DNA of 64,000 bases from Amphiscolops sp. MND2022. Lineage: Eukaryota. Below, piece after piece: positions 11,217-26,933 of the stretch (positions are counted from its first letter, which is position 1; each line of letters begins with the position of its first letter). The notes beneath the pieces were generated by a model. It ran no database searches. It saw nothing but the letters and a program-made list of their open reading frames with translations, and was not told the origin of the DNA. The stretch is taken from the NCBI GenBank assembly GCA_964187785.1, contig OZ076409.1, forward strand, positions 74,960,001 to 75,024,000, written 5' to 3'. Both the position numbers and the translations under genes were made by a program.

Positions 11217-14200
11217 GTGGTCCGGGGCTGTATTGTGCCCCACAGTAGTCCTTGCGAGGCCGGGGAGGGTCCCGATTGCCGAGCGCATTATCCAAAATAC
11301 ATCACTAGTCCACCGGGTCCGATTTCGGCGATTTTGGAATCTAACCATACGATTTAAATAAAACTTTGCACACATACCTAAAATCAAATTATAAGAACTT
11401 TTTTCCCCTGACGTATCATGATTGAAACATTTGTTGAAAAGTTATGTGCAAATGATCGTGTTTTTTGGCACTTTTTCGCATTTTTCACACAGTAGCTCCA
11501 CACTTTACGCTATGCATTTGGCCCATTTTTTGCGTGCGAGGCATAAATGATGTCATGTTCACACATGCCAAAAATTATTTCTCAATTCGCAACAGGAGTG
11601 GAGATATGGCGGATAATAGTGGCGGAAAATTTAACGAATACGAAAATTTGCACATATTTGGCCAACATTTGTTTGAAAAATGAAAAAAAGTAAAAAGTAC
11701 GCGGATTGCTTTGAAACTTGGCACACAGGTAGTAGAACAAATTCTAAGAACTTTTTTCTTCTGACATTTTTCCGAAAAATTGCATCTTCAACCTATATTT
11801 GCAATATTTCGGGTTTTTTGATTCAAGGTGATTTATCACTCACATATTCAAAGTCCATTTTCAGCATGAAGCAACGCAGATACCGGCAATGAGCACATAT
11901 TGCAAAATCATCAACGGCCAACGGTCTACCGAACGGTCCAAAAAAATTTTCCCCTCCGGCCCAATCAAAGTGGCCAAAAGTGGCGAAAGCTTTTTTCCAA
12001 CAGTATCACCATTACAAAATTGATGATTTGACCAGGAGGAACGGTCCGCACGGTCTCGGACCATAAGGTGAAAAAGTGTCAGTGAGTTATGGTGACGACC
12101 AAAATGACATCGGTTGACCTCTAAGAGGCCTCTGGAAAAATTTGTTTTTTTTGAGTCACGGTCCGAGTTGATCTGTTACGTTGTATCAACATTTCATAAT
12201 CATGTTACTCATAACCGAGTACAGATAGCACCGTGGGTCATCTTTATCAAAATGAACGTTGGGCAGCGGTCTAACGATTGAGTGCAAAAAATATACCTTA
12301 GCTGCCATAGTGAAAGAAAAAAATTTTCAGAAGTGTTGTTTTCAATTTTTCATGTCGACTCGCAGTTACAAAAATGTGATTTTCTCTTCAGCAACGGTCC
12401 GAACGGTCTGGTACCATAAGATAAAAATTTGTCAGTGTGACATGGTGGCGCCCAAAAACACATCAGAACACTGGTAGGAAGCGTCTGAACGATTTTCGAA
12501 TTTTCACGTGGGTCCGAGAGTTATAGTGTCACATCGTAACTACATTTCGGGTATGCATATCTCCTCACAGAGTACAGATAGCATCATGGGTCACCTTTTC
12601 GAAAAAGAACGTGGGCCACTGGTCTATCGATTGGTCATAAAAAGTTTTCAGTCACTGCTGCACGGCGTGAATAATATGCCTATATGCGGTATTTAGCATT
12701 TTTTAGCACGACTCGGACCTACAAAAGGCCCATTTCTGCTCCACCAACGGTCCGTACGGTCTTCAACCATAAGGTCAAAAAGTGTCAGTGTGCTATGGTG
12801 ACGCCCAAAAACCCATCAGTACACTTGTAGAGTGCTTCTGAAAAAATTTGGAATTTTTAGGTGAGTCCGAGAGTTATAGAGAGTTATGTTGTCACGTCGT
12901 AACTACATTTCGGGTATGTATATCTTTTGACAGAGTACAGATAGCAACATGGGTCATCTTTTGGAAAGTGAACGTGAGCCACTGAACTACCGGATGGTGA
13001 TAAAAAGTTTTCACCAGTTGCTACAGGCAGTGATAAAAGTGCTTACATGTGTTACTTACCATTTTTTCAGGCGACTCGGACTTACAAAAAGCTCATTTGC
13101 TCGCCAACAACGGTCTCTACGGTCTCCGACCATAAGGTCAAAAAAGTTTTGTGAGCTATGGGGACGCCCAAGAACCCATCAATTTACCTGTAGGATGACT
13201 CTTTAAAAATTTTGTGTTTTCACGCTTACTATGTTAGATATTACATGGCGAACCGTGTTATTTTTCCAACAAAATTATGTTTTTGAGTGCCCGAAATTAG
13301 TTTTTAAAGCACAATAGCCACATAAAATGTTGTTTTGCAAAACATGGGATGTGAATAACATGAAAAAAGTGCCCACTGTGGGTTTGGGGTCATTTTGAAA
13401 AAATCAGCTGCCATTGGACGTTACACAACAGAAAATCATACCTCACATATCAATATATGGGTTGAGTGAAAAATAGCTTAAATGATTTTTCAGTCAATCA
13501 AGACCCTTTTTGTTCACAACCACGTGTACAGCTGACGTTGAACGCATATTGATCTTCCGCAATGGTTACATTACGATTTTGAGTGACAAAAGCCCCGTTG
13601 ACAAACAAAATTCCAAGATAAAGTTTGTTTCCAAATCATTTTTTGACGTATACAACCGCCAATTTCTGCCCACACACATCAATTATCCACTTCTCTTAGT
13701 CCAGTGGCATGTGAAAAACACAACTAGGCATTGACAACCCACATACACTAAAAATCGAGTAGTCATGGGCAACAATATTTACAAATCAGTAGTGAAATTT
13801 GTCTAAAATTGATAACACATCACAATTTTGTTGGAATCAAACTAGCAAAATGGAGGTTTATCAGCAACTTTTGGCTTTCACAGCAACCCACTGGCCCTGT
13901 AATATAGGAAAAGGGTGTTTACCGAACTTTTAAGGTTATATTTCAGAGTCTGAGGTAGCTAAAAATATCATACTGAAGAGACGCATGACTTCAACTTCAG
14001 TATTTTTCCCGATGTGTCAGCACTTTTTTGGTATCGGCGGTCCCACCAATACTGTTTTTGGTCTGACACTAAACCTTAGGATCAACCAAGGTGGATACCA
14101 GACTTGAAAAATCATTGCAAGGAATTTCGACATGTCAAAAGTAGTGATGACAGGAGATATTTCCCAAAAATTCCAGTTATTTGTCACGTTCCATTGTGCC

Positions 14201-16111
14201 TTTTTTAATCGGTCCTTGTCGGTTATGGTATTAACGCTCAACAACAACCTCACTGACAAGAAACAACTCGTTTATAGTTATAAAAAGTATTTATAATACA
14301 ACCATGCTCGGTCTGGACAGGTTTTTCATCCCATTCGTTGTTAACAAGCAAATTTTTTTCCCTAAAAATCCAATTTTTGTCAGGTCGAAAATTGATTTCC
14401 CGTGTTTTGAACAACATTATTGTGTCTGACGTAACCTGTGGCCTCCAAAATACTGAAAAACAGATACATGACTGGTATCAAATGCTTCATTGACATGTGA
14501 GCCACGATAACACGTTTTGCAAAGAAAAATTCAACTTCTAAGTTAAAATTTTGAAGACACATTTTCATAATAAAAACAAAATTCATAAAAAGTAACTTAT
14601 TTCCCGTCAAATACTATTGATATACTATCAGTGTTGCTAATATGAGGTCTATACAGCGGTGTATGGGAAAAATGTGGCGCATAAAGCATTGTGTAACACA
14701 AAACTTTCCAAAGTACTGCGCATTTTTCACTGTACTTTTTGGACTCTATGACAAAAATTTGATAGTGTAAACATCAATGAGCAGTTCAATTTAGTACGAT
14801 TATTCAACTGTGCATATGTTTCAAAGTGCACGATCTTTCTGTTGTTCCAAAATCCTTTGTTACGGCTGAAAAGATTCATATGTTTTACAACGCAATGTTC
14901 ATTAAAAGATAAATTAGCAAAGACTGAATCAATTTTACAAAAGCTAACAAACTTCTCAATACGTCTTTCAGTACTTGGATTTTGCAGACTATATAGATCT
15001 GATTTGCATTTTTATAAAGACATTATAACTGAATCTTGCATTTTTATAAAGAACTTATAAAAAAATTTCGTGATAGCCTTCCAAGTTGGCCTTCGGCCAA
15101 CTTGGAAGGCTAGCACTCCAAATACCAAAAACAGGAGTTCCTTTATTCTCAAAATAGCTGTGGACAGTTTCATTCAACTTTCTTTTCTCACGTTTATTGA
15201 TAAATTCAGAACATAAACATTTCCATTCGCTATAAGGAGATCATAATTGAGTTCCATAAAAACATCTTTCATTGTGTCGCTTAAAAATACCATAAAAACT
15301 AACTTGAAACATATGAATTGTATGTGGAACGTACATTCTATTTACCAGTGAGTGTCTACCCTTATTGGCTCCACCAAATCCTCTACCCCTCCACTAGACA
15401 GTACGTTACATCATACGATGATGTATTTCACAGTGGTGACATAGGGCCAAAAAAAAACGAAATGGAGTGTATGCATTGCTAATGTTATTAAGTCAGCCAA
15501 TTGTGGTAGGAAAGGTTCAATACTACGAAAAATATCTATTCCAACTGAAAATGATTTGGGGCAAACACATGGCACACAAAAATACCTCAATAATTTTCAA
15601 TAATCAATTTCTTCCACAAAAACTTTTGTGTCCGATGGTGTATAATTTCCTAATTTGGAATCAGCCAGTCACGTCTTTTTCGCATCTCAGCTCGGTCATA
15701 ACAGAGCGTTCTTTTTTGAAATTGTCTCTACCCAAATTCACGTAACGAGGCTGCTACGTCCCCTATTTGGAGTGTTATTAGTGTTTATAAGGAATTAATC
15801 ACTCTAATGAACATATACTTCTAATGTTGAAACTCTTTCACTTTTCTTTGTAAATTGTTAAAGTAGAACTTTGCTGTTATTCAGCAGGAACTCGCTTTGG
15901 CTTGCAGAATGATGGAAAATAAATGACAAGTCGCCCTGTAAGGCACCACGTGTCGTGGGGATGACAAATATGAAATAAGTTGAACACAACAAAGACTACT
16001 TTTGTCAACAGAAGGGAAAACGAAAATTTTAATTATGAAAATTTTTATGTTTTTAATACACATTTTCCTCGCATCTCGGCAGTGCAACTGCAACAACCTC
16101 GCCTCCACTGG
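11217..16111 (+). repeat. Cassette A3 (4895 bp), mosaic of A1-like and A4/A5-like sequence
   Basis: Between cores 11213 and 16108; head matches the A1 head. Confidence 0.88.
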
Positions 16112-19100
16112 GTGGTCAGGGGTGGTCCCCCACACGAACCATTGCGAGGCCTGGGGAGGGTCCCGGAGCCGAGCGCTATATACAAAATGCATCCATGGTA
16201 GACCGGGAGAAAAACAAGCGATTTTCCAATCTAACCGTTAGATTTCCATGAAACTTTGCACACATATATAAAATCAAATTCTAAGAACTTTTTTTCCCTG
16301 ACGTATCATGATTGAAACATTTGTTGAAAAGTTATGTGCAAATGATCGTGTTTTTTGGCCGTTTTTTGCATTTTTCACGCAGCAGCTCCACACTTTACGC
16401 TATGCATTTGGCCCATTTTCTGCATGCGAGGCATAAATGATGTCATGTTTGCACATGCCAAAAATTATTTCTCAATTCGCAACAGGAGTGGAGATAGGGC
16501 GGATAATATTGGCGGAAAATTTAACGAATACGAAAATTTGCACATATTTGGCCAACATTTGTTTCAAAAATGAGAAAAATTGAAACGTCCGCGGATTGCG
16601 TTGAAACTTGGCACACAGGTAGTAGAACAAATTTTAAGAACTTTTTTCACCTGACGTTTTTCCGAAGAATTGCATTTTCAACCTATATTTGCAATATTTC
16701 GGATTTTTTGATTCAACGTGATTTATCACTCACATATTCAAAGTCCATTTTCAGCATGAAGCAACGCAGATACCGGCAATGTGCATATATTGCAAAATCA
16801 TCAACGGCCAACGGTCTACCGAACGGTTCAAAAAAATTTTGCCCTCGGTCCCAATCAAAGTGGCCAAAAGTGCCAAAAGGTTTTTTCCAACAGTATCACC
16901 ATTACAAAATTGATGATTTGACCAGGAGCAACGGTCCGCACGGTCTCGGACCATAAGGTGAAAAAGTGTCAGTGAGTTATGGTGACGACCAAAATGACAT
17001 TGGTTGACCTCTAAGAGGCCTTTGGAAAAAATTGATTTTTTTGAGTCACGGTCCGAGTTGATCTGTTACGTTGTATCAACATTTCATGTTCATGTTACTC
17101 ATAACCGAGTACAGATAGCACCTTGGGTCATCTTTATCAAAATGAACATTGGGCAGCGGTCTAACGACTGAGTGCAAAAATTATACCTTAGTTGCCATAG
17201 TGAAAGAAAAAATTTTTCAGAAGTGTTGTTTTCAATTTTTCATGTCGACTCGCAGTTACAAAAATGCGATTTTCTCTTCAGCAACGGTCCGAACGGTTTG
17301 GGACCATAAGATAAAAATTTGTCAGTGTGACATGGTGACGCCCAAAAACACATCTGAACACTGGTAGGAAGCTTCTGAACGATTTTCGAATTTTCACGTG
17401 GGTCCGAGAGTTATAGTGTCACATCGTAACTACATTTCGGGTATGCATATCTCCTCACAGAGTACAGATAGCATCATGGGTCACCTTTTCGAAAAAGAAC
17501 GTGGGCCACGGGTCTATCGATTGGTCATAAAAAGTTTTCAGTCACTGCTGCACGGCATGAATAATATGCCAATATGTGGTATTTAGCATTTTTTTGAACG
17601 ACTCGGACCTACAAAAGGCCCATTTCTGCTCCACCAACGGTCCCTACGGTCTTCAACCATAAGGTCAAAAAGTGTCAGTGTGCTATGGTGACGCCCAAAA
17701 ACTCACCGGTACACTTGTAGAGTGCTTCCGAAAAATTTTGGAATTTTTAGGTGAGTCCGAGAGTTATAGAGAGTTATGTTGTCACATCGTAACTACATTT
17801 CGGGAATGTATATCTCCTGACACAGTACAGATACCAACATGGGTCATCTTTTGGAAAGTGAACGTGAGCCACTGGCCTACCAAATGGTGATAAAAAGTTT
17901 TCATCAGTTGGTACAGGGAGTGATAAAAGTGCTTACATGTGTTACTTAGCATTTTTTCAGGCGACTCGGACTTACAAAAAGCTCATTTGCTCGCCAACAA
18001 CGGTCTCTACGGTGTCCGACCATAAGGTCAAAAAAATTTTGTAAGCTATGGTGACGCCCAATAACCCATCAGTTTACCTGTAGGAAGATTCTTTAAAAAT
18101 TTTGTGTTTTCACGCTGACTATGTTAGAGATTACATAGGCATCCGCGTTCGTTTCCTATCGAAATCATGTTTTTGACTGCCCAAAATCCTTTTTTAAAGC
18201 TCAATAACCACATAAAGTGTTGTTTTGCATAACATGGGATGTGAATACCATGAAAAAAGTGCCGACTGTGGGTTTGGAGTCATTTTGAAAAAGTCACATG
18301 CCATTAGACGTTACACATCAGAAAATGGTACCTCATATATCAATATATGGGTTGAGTGAAAACTAGCCTAAATGATTTTTCAGTCAATCAAGACTCTTTT
18401 CTGTTCACAACCACGTGTACAGTTGAAGTGGAACGCATATTGACCTTCTGCAATGGTTATATTAAGATTTTGAGTGACAAAAGCCCCTTTGACAAACAAA
18501 ATTCCAAGATAAAGTTTGTTTCCAAATCATTTTTTGACGTATAGAACCACAAATTTTTGCCCACAAACATCAACTATCCATTTCTCTTAGTCCAGTGACA
18601 TGTGAAATATACAACGGGGCTTTGACAAGGCACATACACTATAATTCGAGTAGTCATGGGAAACAATATTTATAAATCACTAGTGAAATATGTCAAAAAT
18701 TGATAAAGCATCACAATTTTGGTGGAGTCGAACTAACAAAATGGAACTTTATCAGCAACTATTGGCTTTTAACGCAACCCACTGGCCCTGTAAAATAAGA
18801 AAATGATGTTTACCGAACTTGTAAGGTTATATTTCAAAGTCTGAGGTAGCTAAAAATATCATACTGAATAGACGCATGACTTCAACTTCAGTATTTTTCC
18901 CGATGTGTCACTACTTTCTTGGTATCGGCGGTCCCACCAAGACTATTTTTGGTCTAACACTAAACCTTAGGATCAACCAAGGTGGATACCAGACTTGACA
19001 AATCAATGCAAGGAATTTCGACATGTCAAAAGTAGTGATTACAGGAGATATTTTTTTAAAACTCCTGTTATTTGTCACGTTCCATTGTGCCTTTTTTAAT

Positions 19101-21009
19101 CGGTCCTTGTCGGTTATGGTATTAGCGCTCAACAACGACCTCACAGACAACAAACAGCTTGTTTACAGTTGTAAAAAGTTTTTATAATACAACCATGCTC
19201 GGTCTGGACAGATTTTTCACCCCATTCGTTCTGAACAAGAAAAATTTTTTTCCCAAAAAACCCATTTTTGTCAGGTCGAAAATTGATTCCCTGTCTTTTG
19301 AACAACAATATTGTGTCTGATGTAACCTCTGGCCTCCAAAATACTGAAAAACAGTTATATGACTGGTATCAAATGCTTCAGTGACATGTGAGCCACGATA
19401 ACACGTTTCGCAAAGGAAAATTCAACTTTCAACTGAAAATTTCGAACACACATTTTCACAATAAAAACAGAATACATAACAATCTAACCTGTTTCCCGTC
19501 AATTACTATTAATATAGTATCAGTGTTGCGAATATGAGGTCTATACAGGGGTGTATGGGAAAAATGTGGCCCATAAAGCATTGTGTAACACAAAGCTTAC
19601 CAAAGTACTAAGAATTTTTCACTGTATTTTTTGCACTCTAACACAAAAATTTGATTGTGTAAACATCTATGAGCAGTTCAATTTAGTACGGTTTATCAAC
19701 TGTGTATCTTTTTATCAAAGTTCACGATCTTTCTGTTGTTCCAAACTCCTTTGTTACGGCTGAAAAGTGTCATAATTTTTACAACGCAATGTTCATTAAA
19801 CGATACATTAGCAAAGACCGAATCAACTTCACAGCAGGTAATCAAATTCTCAATACGTCTTTCAGTACTTGGATTTCGCAGACTATATAGATCTGATTTG
19901 CATTTTTATAAAGACTTTATAACTATATCTTGCATTTTTATAAAGAGTTTATAAAAAAATTTCGTGATAGCCTTCCAAGTTGGCCTTCGGCCAACTTGGA
20001 AGGCTAACACTACAAACACCAAAAACCAGGAGTTCCTTTATTCTCAAAATAGGCGGAGAAACTTTCATTCAACTTTCTTTTCTCAGGTTAATTGATAAAT
20101 TCAGGACATGAGCAATTCTATTCGCTATACGATGACCACCATTGTGTTCAATAAAGAACTCTTTCATTGTGACGCTTAAAAATACCGTAAAAACTAACTT
20201 GAAACTTATGAATTGTATGTGGAACGTACATTCATCTAACCAATGGGTGGCTACCCCTATTGGTTCCACGAAATCCTCTACCCCTCCACCAGACAGTACG
20301 TTACAATATACGTTGATGTCTTCCACAGTGGTGACATACGGCAAAAAAAAGGAAATGGAGTTGGAGTGTATGTATTTCTAATGCATTTAAGTCAGCCACT
20401 TGTGGTAGAAAAACTTCACTACTACGAAATAAATCTATCCCAGCTAAAAATTATTTGGGCAAACACATGGCACACGAAAATACTTCAAAAATTTTCAGCA
20501 GTCAAATCCTTTCACAAAAATTTTACTGTCCGATAGTGAATATTTTCAAAATTTGGAATCCGCCAGTCCCGTCATCTTCGCATCTCAGCTCGGTCACAAC
20601 AGAGCTTTCTTTTTTACAATTCTCTCCACCCATTTCCACATAACGAGGCAGTTACGTTCACTATTTGGAGTGTTATTGGAGATTATAAGGCATTAATCAC
20701 TATAATGAACAATTACTTCTAATGTTGAAACTCTTCCACTTTTCTTTGTACATTGTTAAAGTAGAACATCGCTGTTATTCAGCAGGAACGTCGCGCTGGC
20801 TTGCAGATTGATGGAGAATAAGTGACAAGTAGGATTGTAAGGCACCACGTGTCGTGGAGATGCCAAATATGAAATACGTTGAACACAACAAAGACTACTT
20901 TTGTCAACAGAACGGAAAACGAAAATTTTATTGTTGAGAATTCTTTTCTTTCTATACACATTTTCCTCGCTTCTCGGCAGTGTAACTGCAACAACCTCGC
21001 CTCCACTGG
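16112..21009 (+). repeat. Cassette A4 (4898 bp)
   Basis: Between cores 16108 and 21006; colinear with A1, moderately diverged. Confidence 0.88.
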
Positions 21010-24000
21010 GTGGTCCGGGGTGGTCCCCCACAAGAACTATTGCGAGGCCTGGGGAGGGTCCCGGAGCCGAGCGCTATATACAAAATGCATCCATGGTAGA
21101 CCGGGAGAAAAACAAGCGATTTTCCAATCTAACCGTTAGATTTCCATGAAACTTTGCACACATACATAGAATTAAATTCTAAGAACTTTTTCCCCCTGAC
21201 GTATCATGATTGAAACATTTGTTGGAAAGTTATGTGCAAATGATCGTGTTTTTTGGCCATTTTTCGCATTTTTCACGCAGCAGCTCCACACTTTACGCTA
21301 TGCATTTGGCCCATTTTTTGCGTGCAAGGCATAAATGATGTCATGTTTACACATGCCAAAAATTATTTCTCAATTCGCAACAGGAGTGGAGATATGGCGG
21401 ATAATATTGGCGGAAAATTTACCGAATACGAAAATTTTCACATATTTGGCCAAAATTTGTTTCAAAAATGAGAAAAATTAAAAAGTCCGCGGATTGAGTT
21501 GAAACTTGGCACACAGGTAGTAGAACAAATTTTAAGAACTTTTTTCTCCTGACGTTTTCCCGAAAAATTGCATCTTCAACCTTTATTTGCAATATTTCGG
21601 GTTTTTTGATTTAACGTGATTTATCACTCACACATTCAAAGTCCATTTTCAGCATGAAGCAACGCAGATACCGGCAATGTGCACATATTGCAAAATCATC
21701 AACGGCCAACGGTCTACCGAACGGTCCAAAAAAAATTTCCCCTCGGGCCCAATCAAAGTGGTCAAAAGTGGCAAAAGGTTTTTTCCAACAGTATCACCAT
21801 TACAAAATTGATGATTTGACCAGGAGGAACGGTCCGCACGGTCTCGGACCATAAGGTGAAAAAGTGTCAGTGAGTTATGGTGACGACCAAAATGACATCG
21901 GTTGACCTCTAAGAGGCCTCTGGAAAAATTTGATTTTTTTGAGTCACGGTCCGAGTTGATCTGTTACGTTGTATCAACATTTCATAATCATGTTACTCAT
22001 AACCGAGTACAGATAGCACCGTGGGTCATCTTCATCAAAATGAACGTTGGGCAGCGGTCTAACGATTGAGTGCAAAAAATATACCTTAGCTGCCATAGTG
22101 AAAGAAAAAAAATTTCAGAAGTGTTGTTTTCAATTTTTCATGTCGACTCGCAGTTACAAAAATGTGATTTTCTCTTCAGCAACGGTCCGAACGGTCTGGT
22201 ACCATAAAATAAAAATTTGTCAGTGTGACATGGTGGCGCCCAAAAACACATCAGAACACTGGTAGGAAGCGTCTGAACGATTTTCGAATTTTCACGTGGG
22301 TCCGAGAGTTATAGTGTCACATCGTAACTACATTTCGGGTATGCATATCTCCTCACAGAGTACAGATAGCATCATGGGTCACCTTTTCGAAAGAGAACGT
22401 GGGCCACTGGTCTATCGATTGGTTATAAAAAGTTTTCAGTCAGTGCTGCACGGCGTGAATAATATGCCTATATGCGGTATTTAGCATTTTTTTGCACGAC
22501 TCGGACCTGCAAAAGGCCCATTTCTGCTCCAACAACGGTCCGTAGGGTCTTCGACCATAAGGTCAAAAAGTGTCAGTGTGCTATGGTGACGCCCAAAAAT
22601 CTATCAGTACACTTGTAGAGTGCTTCTGAAAAATTTTGGATTTTTTAGGTGAGTCCGAGAGTTATGGAGAGTTATGTTGTCACATCGAAACTACATTTCG
22701 GGTATGTATATCTCCAGACAGAGTACAGATAGCAACATGGGTCATCTTTTGGAAAGTGAACGTGAGCCACTGGCCTACCGAATGGTGATAAAAAGTTTTC
22801 ACCAGTTGCTACAGGGAGTGACAAAAGTGCTTACATGGGGTACTTAGCATTTTTTCAGGCGACTCGGACTTACAAAAAGCTTATTTGCCCGCCAACAACG
22901 GTCTGTACGGTCTCCACTCAATGGGTCGAAAATTTTTTGTGGGCTATGGTGACGCTCAAAAACCCATCAGTTTACTTGTGGGATGATTCTGTAAAAATTT
23001 AGTGTTTTCGTGCAGACTATGTTACATATTACATTGGGAACCGTGTTTTTTTCTCTCCAAAATCATGTTTTTGAGTGCCCAAAAACTGTTTTTAAAGCCC
23101 AGTAGCCATCTAAAATGTACTTTTGCATAACATGGGGTGTGAGTAACGTGAAGAAAGTGCTCACTGTGGATTTGGAGTTATGTCGAAAAAATCAGCTGCC
23201 ATTAGACGTTACATTACAGAAAATCGTACCTTACATATCGATTCATGGGTTGAGTCAAAAACAGCTAAAGTTCTTTTTCAGTCAATCAAGACTCTTTTTT
23301 GTTCACAACCAAGCGTACTGCTGACGTCGAACCTATTTTGACCTTCCACAAGGGTTATAGTGCAATTTTGCGGTACAAAAGCCTCGTTGACAAACAAAAT
23401 TCCAAGATGAAATTGCTTTCCAAATCATTTTTTGAAGTATAGGAACGCCATTTTTAGCCGACAACCATCAAATATCCACTTCTCTTGGCCCAGTGGCTTG
23501 TGAAAAAAACAACTGGGCATTGAGAAGGCACAAGGACCTTACTTCGAGTAGTCATGTGCCACAATATTTGCTAATCGATAGCAAATTTTGTTGAAAATTG
23601 AAACAACATCACATTTTTGGTGGACTCGGAATGACAAAATGGAGCTTCTGCAGCAACTATAGGCTTTTAGTGCAACTCAGTGGCACTGTTATTTAGGAAA
23701 ATACGGTCTACAGTAGTTTCATGCTACTTTTTCAGAATCTGAGGTACATAAAAATATCATACTGAATAGACATTTGACTTAAACATTGGAATTTTTCCGG
23801 TTGTGTCACCACTTTTTTGGTATCAGCGGTCCTACCAACACTGTTTTTGGTCTAAAACTAAACCCGAGGCTCAACCAAGATGTATATCAGACTTGTAAAA
23901 TCAATGCAAGGACTTTCGACGTGTCAAAATTACTGATAAGAAGAGAAACTTCTCAAAAAATCATGATATGTGTCATATTCCATTCCACGTTTTTTAATCG

Positions 24001-25902
24001 GTGCTTGTCGGTTATGGTATTAACGCTCAACAACAACCTCACAGACAACAAACAACTCGTTTATAGTCATTAAAAGTGTTTATAATAAAACCATGCTTGG
24101 TCTGGACACATTTTTTATCCCATTCGTTTGTAACAATAAAATTTTTTCCCCAATAACCCAATTTTTGTCAGGTCGAAAACTGATTTCCCGTGTTTTGAAC
24201 AACAATATTGTGTCTGACGTAACCTGTGGCCTCTAAAATACTGAAAAAGAGATATATGACTGGTATCAAATGCTTCAGTGACATGTGAGCCACGATAACA
24301 CGTTTTGCAAAGAAAAATTCAACTTTCAACTGAAAATTTCGAAGACACATTTTCACAATAGAAACAGAATATATGACAATCTAACCTAATTCCCGTCAAT
24401 TACTATTAATATAGTATCATTGTTGCGAATATGAGGTCCATACAATGGTGTATGGGAAAAATATGGCGCATAAAGCATTGCGTAACACAAAGTTTACCAA
24501 AGTACTAAGAATTTGTCACGGTTTTTTTGCACTCTAACTCTAAAATTTGATGATGTAAACATCAATGAGCAGTTCAATTTAGTACGGTTTATCAACTGTG
24601 TATCTTTTTCAAAGTGCACGATCTTTCTGTTGTTCCAAAATCCTTTGTTAGGGCTGAAAAGTGTCATAAGTTTTACAACGCAATGTTCATTAAAAGATAC
24701 ATTAGCAAAGACCGAATCAACTTCACTGCAGGTAATCAAACTCTCAATACGTCTTTCAGTACTTGGATTTCGCAGACTATATAGATTTGATTTGCATTTT
24801 TATAAAGACTTTATAACTGAATCTTGCATTTTTATAAAGAGTTTATAAAAAAAATTTCGTGATAGCCTTCCAAGTTGGCCTTCGGCCAACTTGGAAGGCT
24901 AACACTACAAACACCAAAAACCAGGAGTTACTTTATTCTCAAAATAGGCGGGGAAACTTTCATTGAACTTTCTTTTCTCACCTTAATTGATAAATTCAGG
25001 ACATGAGCATTTCTATTCGCTATACGATGACCACCATTGTGTTCAATAAATAAATCTTTCCTTGTGACGCTTAAAAATACCATAAAAACTAACTTGAAAC
25101 ATATGAATTGTAAGTGGAACGTACATTTATCTAACCAATGAGTGGCTACCACTATTGGTTCCACGAAATCCTCTACCCCTCCACCAGACAGTACGTTATA
25201 TCATACGTTGATGTCTTCCACAGTGGTGACATAGGGCCAAAAAAGGAAATGGAGTTGGCGTGTATGTATTTCTAATGCATTTAAGTCAGCCACTAGTGGT
25301 AGGAAAGGTTCAATACTACGGAATAAATCTATCCTACCTGAAAATTATTTGGGCAAACACATGGCACACAAAAATACTTCAAAATTTTCTGCTGTCAATT
25401 CCTTCCACAAAAATTTTTCTGTCCGATTGTGAATAATTTCAATATTTGGAATTCGCCAGTCCCGTCATCTTCGCATCTCAGCTCGGTCACAACAGAGCTT
25501 TCTTTTTTACAATTCTCTCCACCCATTTCTACATAACGAGGCAGTTACCTTCACTATTTGGAGTGTTATTGGAGATTATAAGGCATTAATCACTGTAATG
25601 AACAATTACTTCTAATGTTGATACTCTTCCACTTTTCTTTGTAAATTTTTAAAGTAGAACATCGCTTTTATTCAGCAGGAACGTCGCCTTGGCTTGCAGA
25701 TTGATGAATAATAAGTGACAAGTAGCATTGTAAGGCACCACGTGTCGTGGAAATGCCAAATATGAAATACGTTGAACACAACAAAGACTACTTTTGTCAA
25801 CAGAACGGAAAACAAAAATTTTATTGTTGAAAATTCTTATCTTTCTATACACATTTTCCTCGCTTCTCGGCAGTGTAACTGCAACAACCTCGCCTCCACT
25901 GG
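21010..25902 (+). repeat. Cassette A5 (4893 bp)
   Basis: Between cores 21006 and 25899; head and tail resemble A4. Confidence 0.88.
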
Positions 25903-26933
25903 GTGGTCACGAGTATACTCTACCACAATATTTGCGAGGTGGGGGAGGGGCCCCGAGTCCGAGCCATGCTGTCAGATTTCTATCTAGACTGAGGGGTCCA
26001 GAAAAACAGCGATTTTGGAATTGAGCCATACGATTTGAATGAAACTTTGTGTGTAGGTAGATCTCAAAATTATAAGAACTTTTTTCTCCTGGCAAAACAT
26101 GGTTGCAACACTGTGTCGGAAGTTATGAGCAAATGATCGGTTTTTTCACCTATTATCGGCATGTTTACGCCTCGGTACAACCAGCCTGTGGATACAATTG
26201 GCTGAAACTTTGCATGCGAGGCATAAATGAAGTAAAGTGTTTGCATGTCAAAAATCATTAGGCTGGTGACACTAGGCTGAGAGATAGAAGTGGAAAAATA
26301 AGTGGAAAATTGTGAATTCTCCGGTCATTGCGTCATAACTTCCGAACTTTTGTATTGATGATGTTTCCTTCAGCGGTAGCAGTACTTTGGAGGTGGTTTC
26401 ATCATCACGTAGTGAGGATAAAAAACAAAAAATAAAAAAGTTCTTCAAAAGTTCTACAAAAATTCTAAAATTCAAGAATTTTTCAAAAAAAAGATTTTCT
26501 CATTTTTCGCTGCTTTTTCACATTTTGAGCACGAAAATGACGTAACATAGCACTTACGATCACTACTTGAAGGATTTTCACATACCTCTTCCTCAATGTG
26601 TTGCCACTGTACAGAACTAATTGTTCTTTTGTTAGAAGTCCCGCCCTTGTTTGCGGAAAAAAGTTCAGGAACAACTTCTCCGTTGTTCCTGAGAAATGCG
26701 AAGCAGTTCGCAGGAACAACGGATAGAATTAACAAAGTACCCGGGTGGTTGGAATGAGAGATATGTAATCATTCGGTAAACTGATGGAAAACAGAGTTTT
26801 TCATCAGTTGAAAAGACGAAAAACGTTTCCATGGATGTCACTCAAAGTGAACAGTACTGGTAGCGTATTTCAAAATATAATTCGACAGAAGCCGCCCGCC
26901 CACTCTGGTAATTAGTTTCCTTGCCTCCACTGG
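25903..26933 (+). repeat. Cassette B2 (1031 bp)
   Basis: Between cores 25899 and 26930; homologue of B1. Confidence 0.88.
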
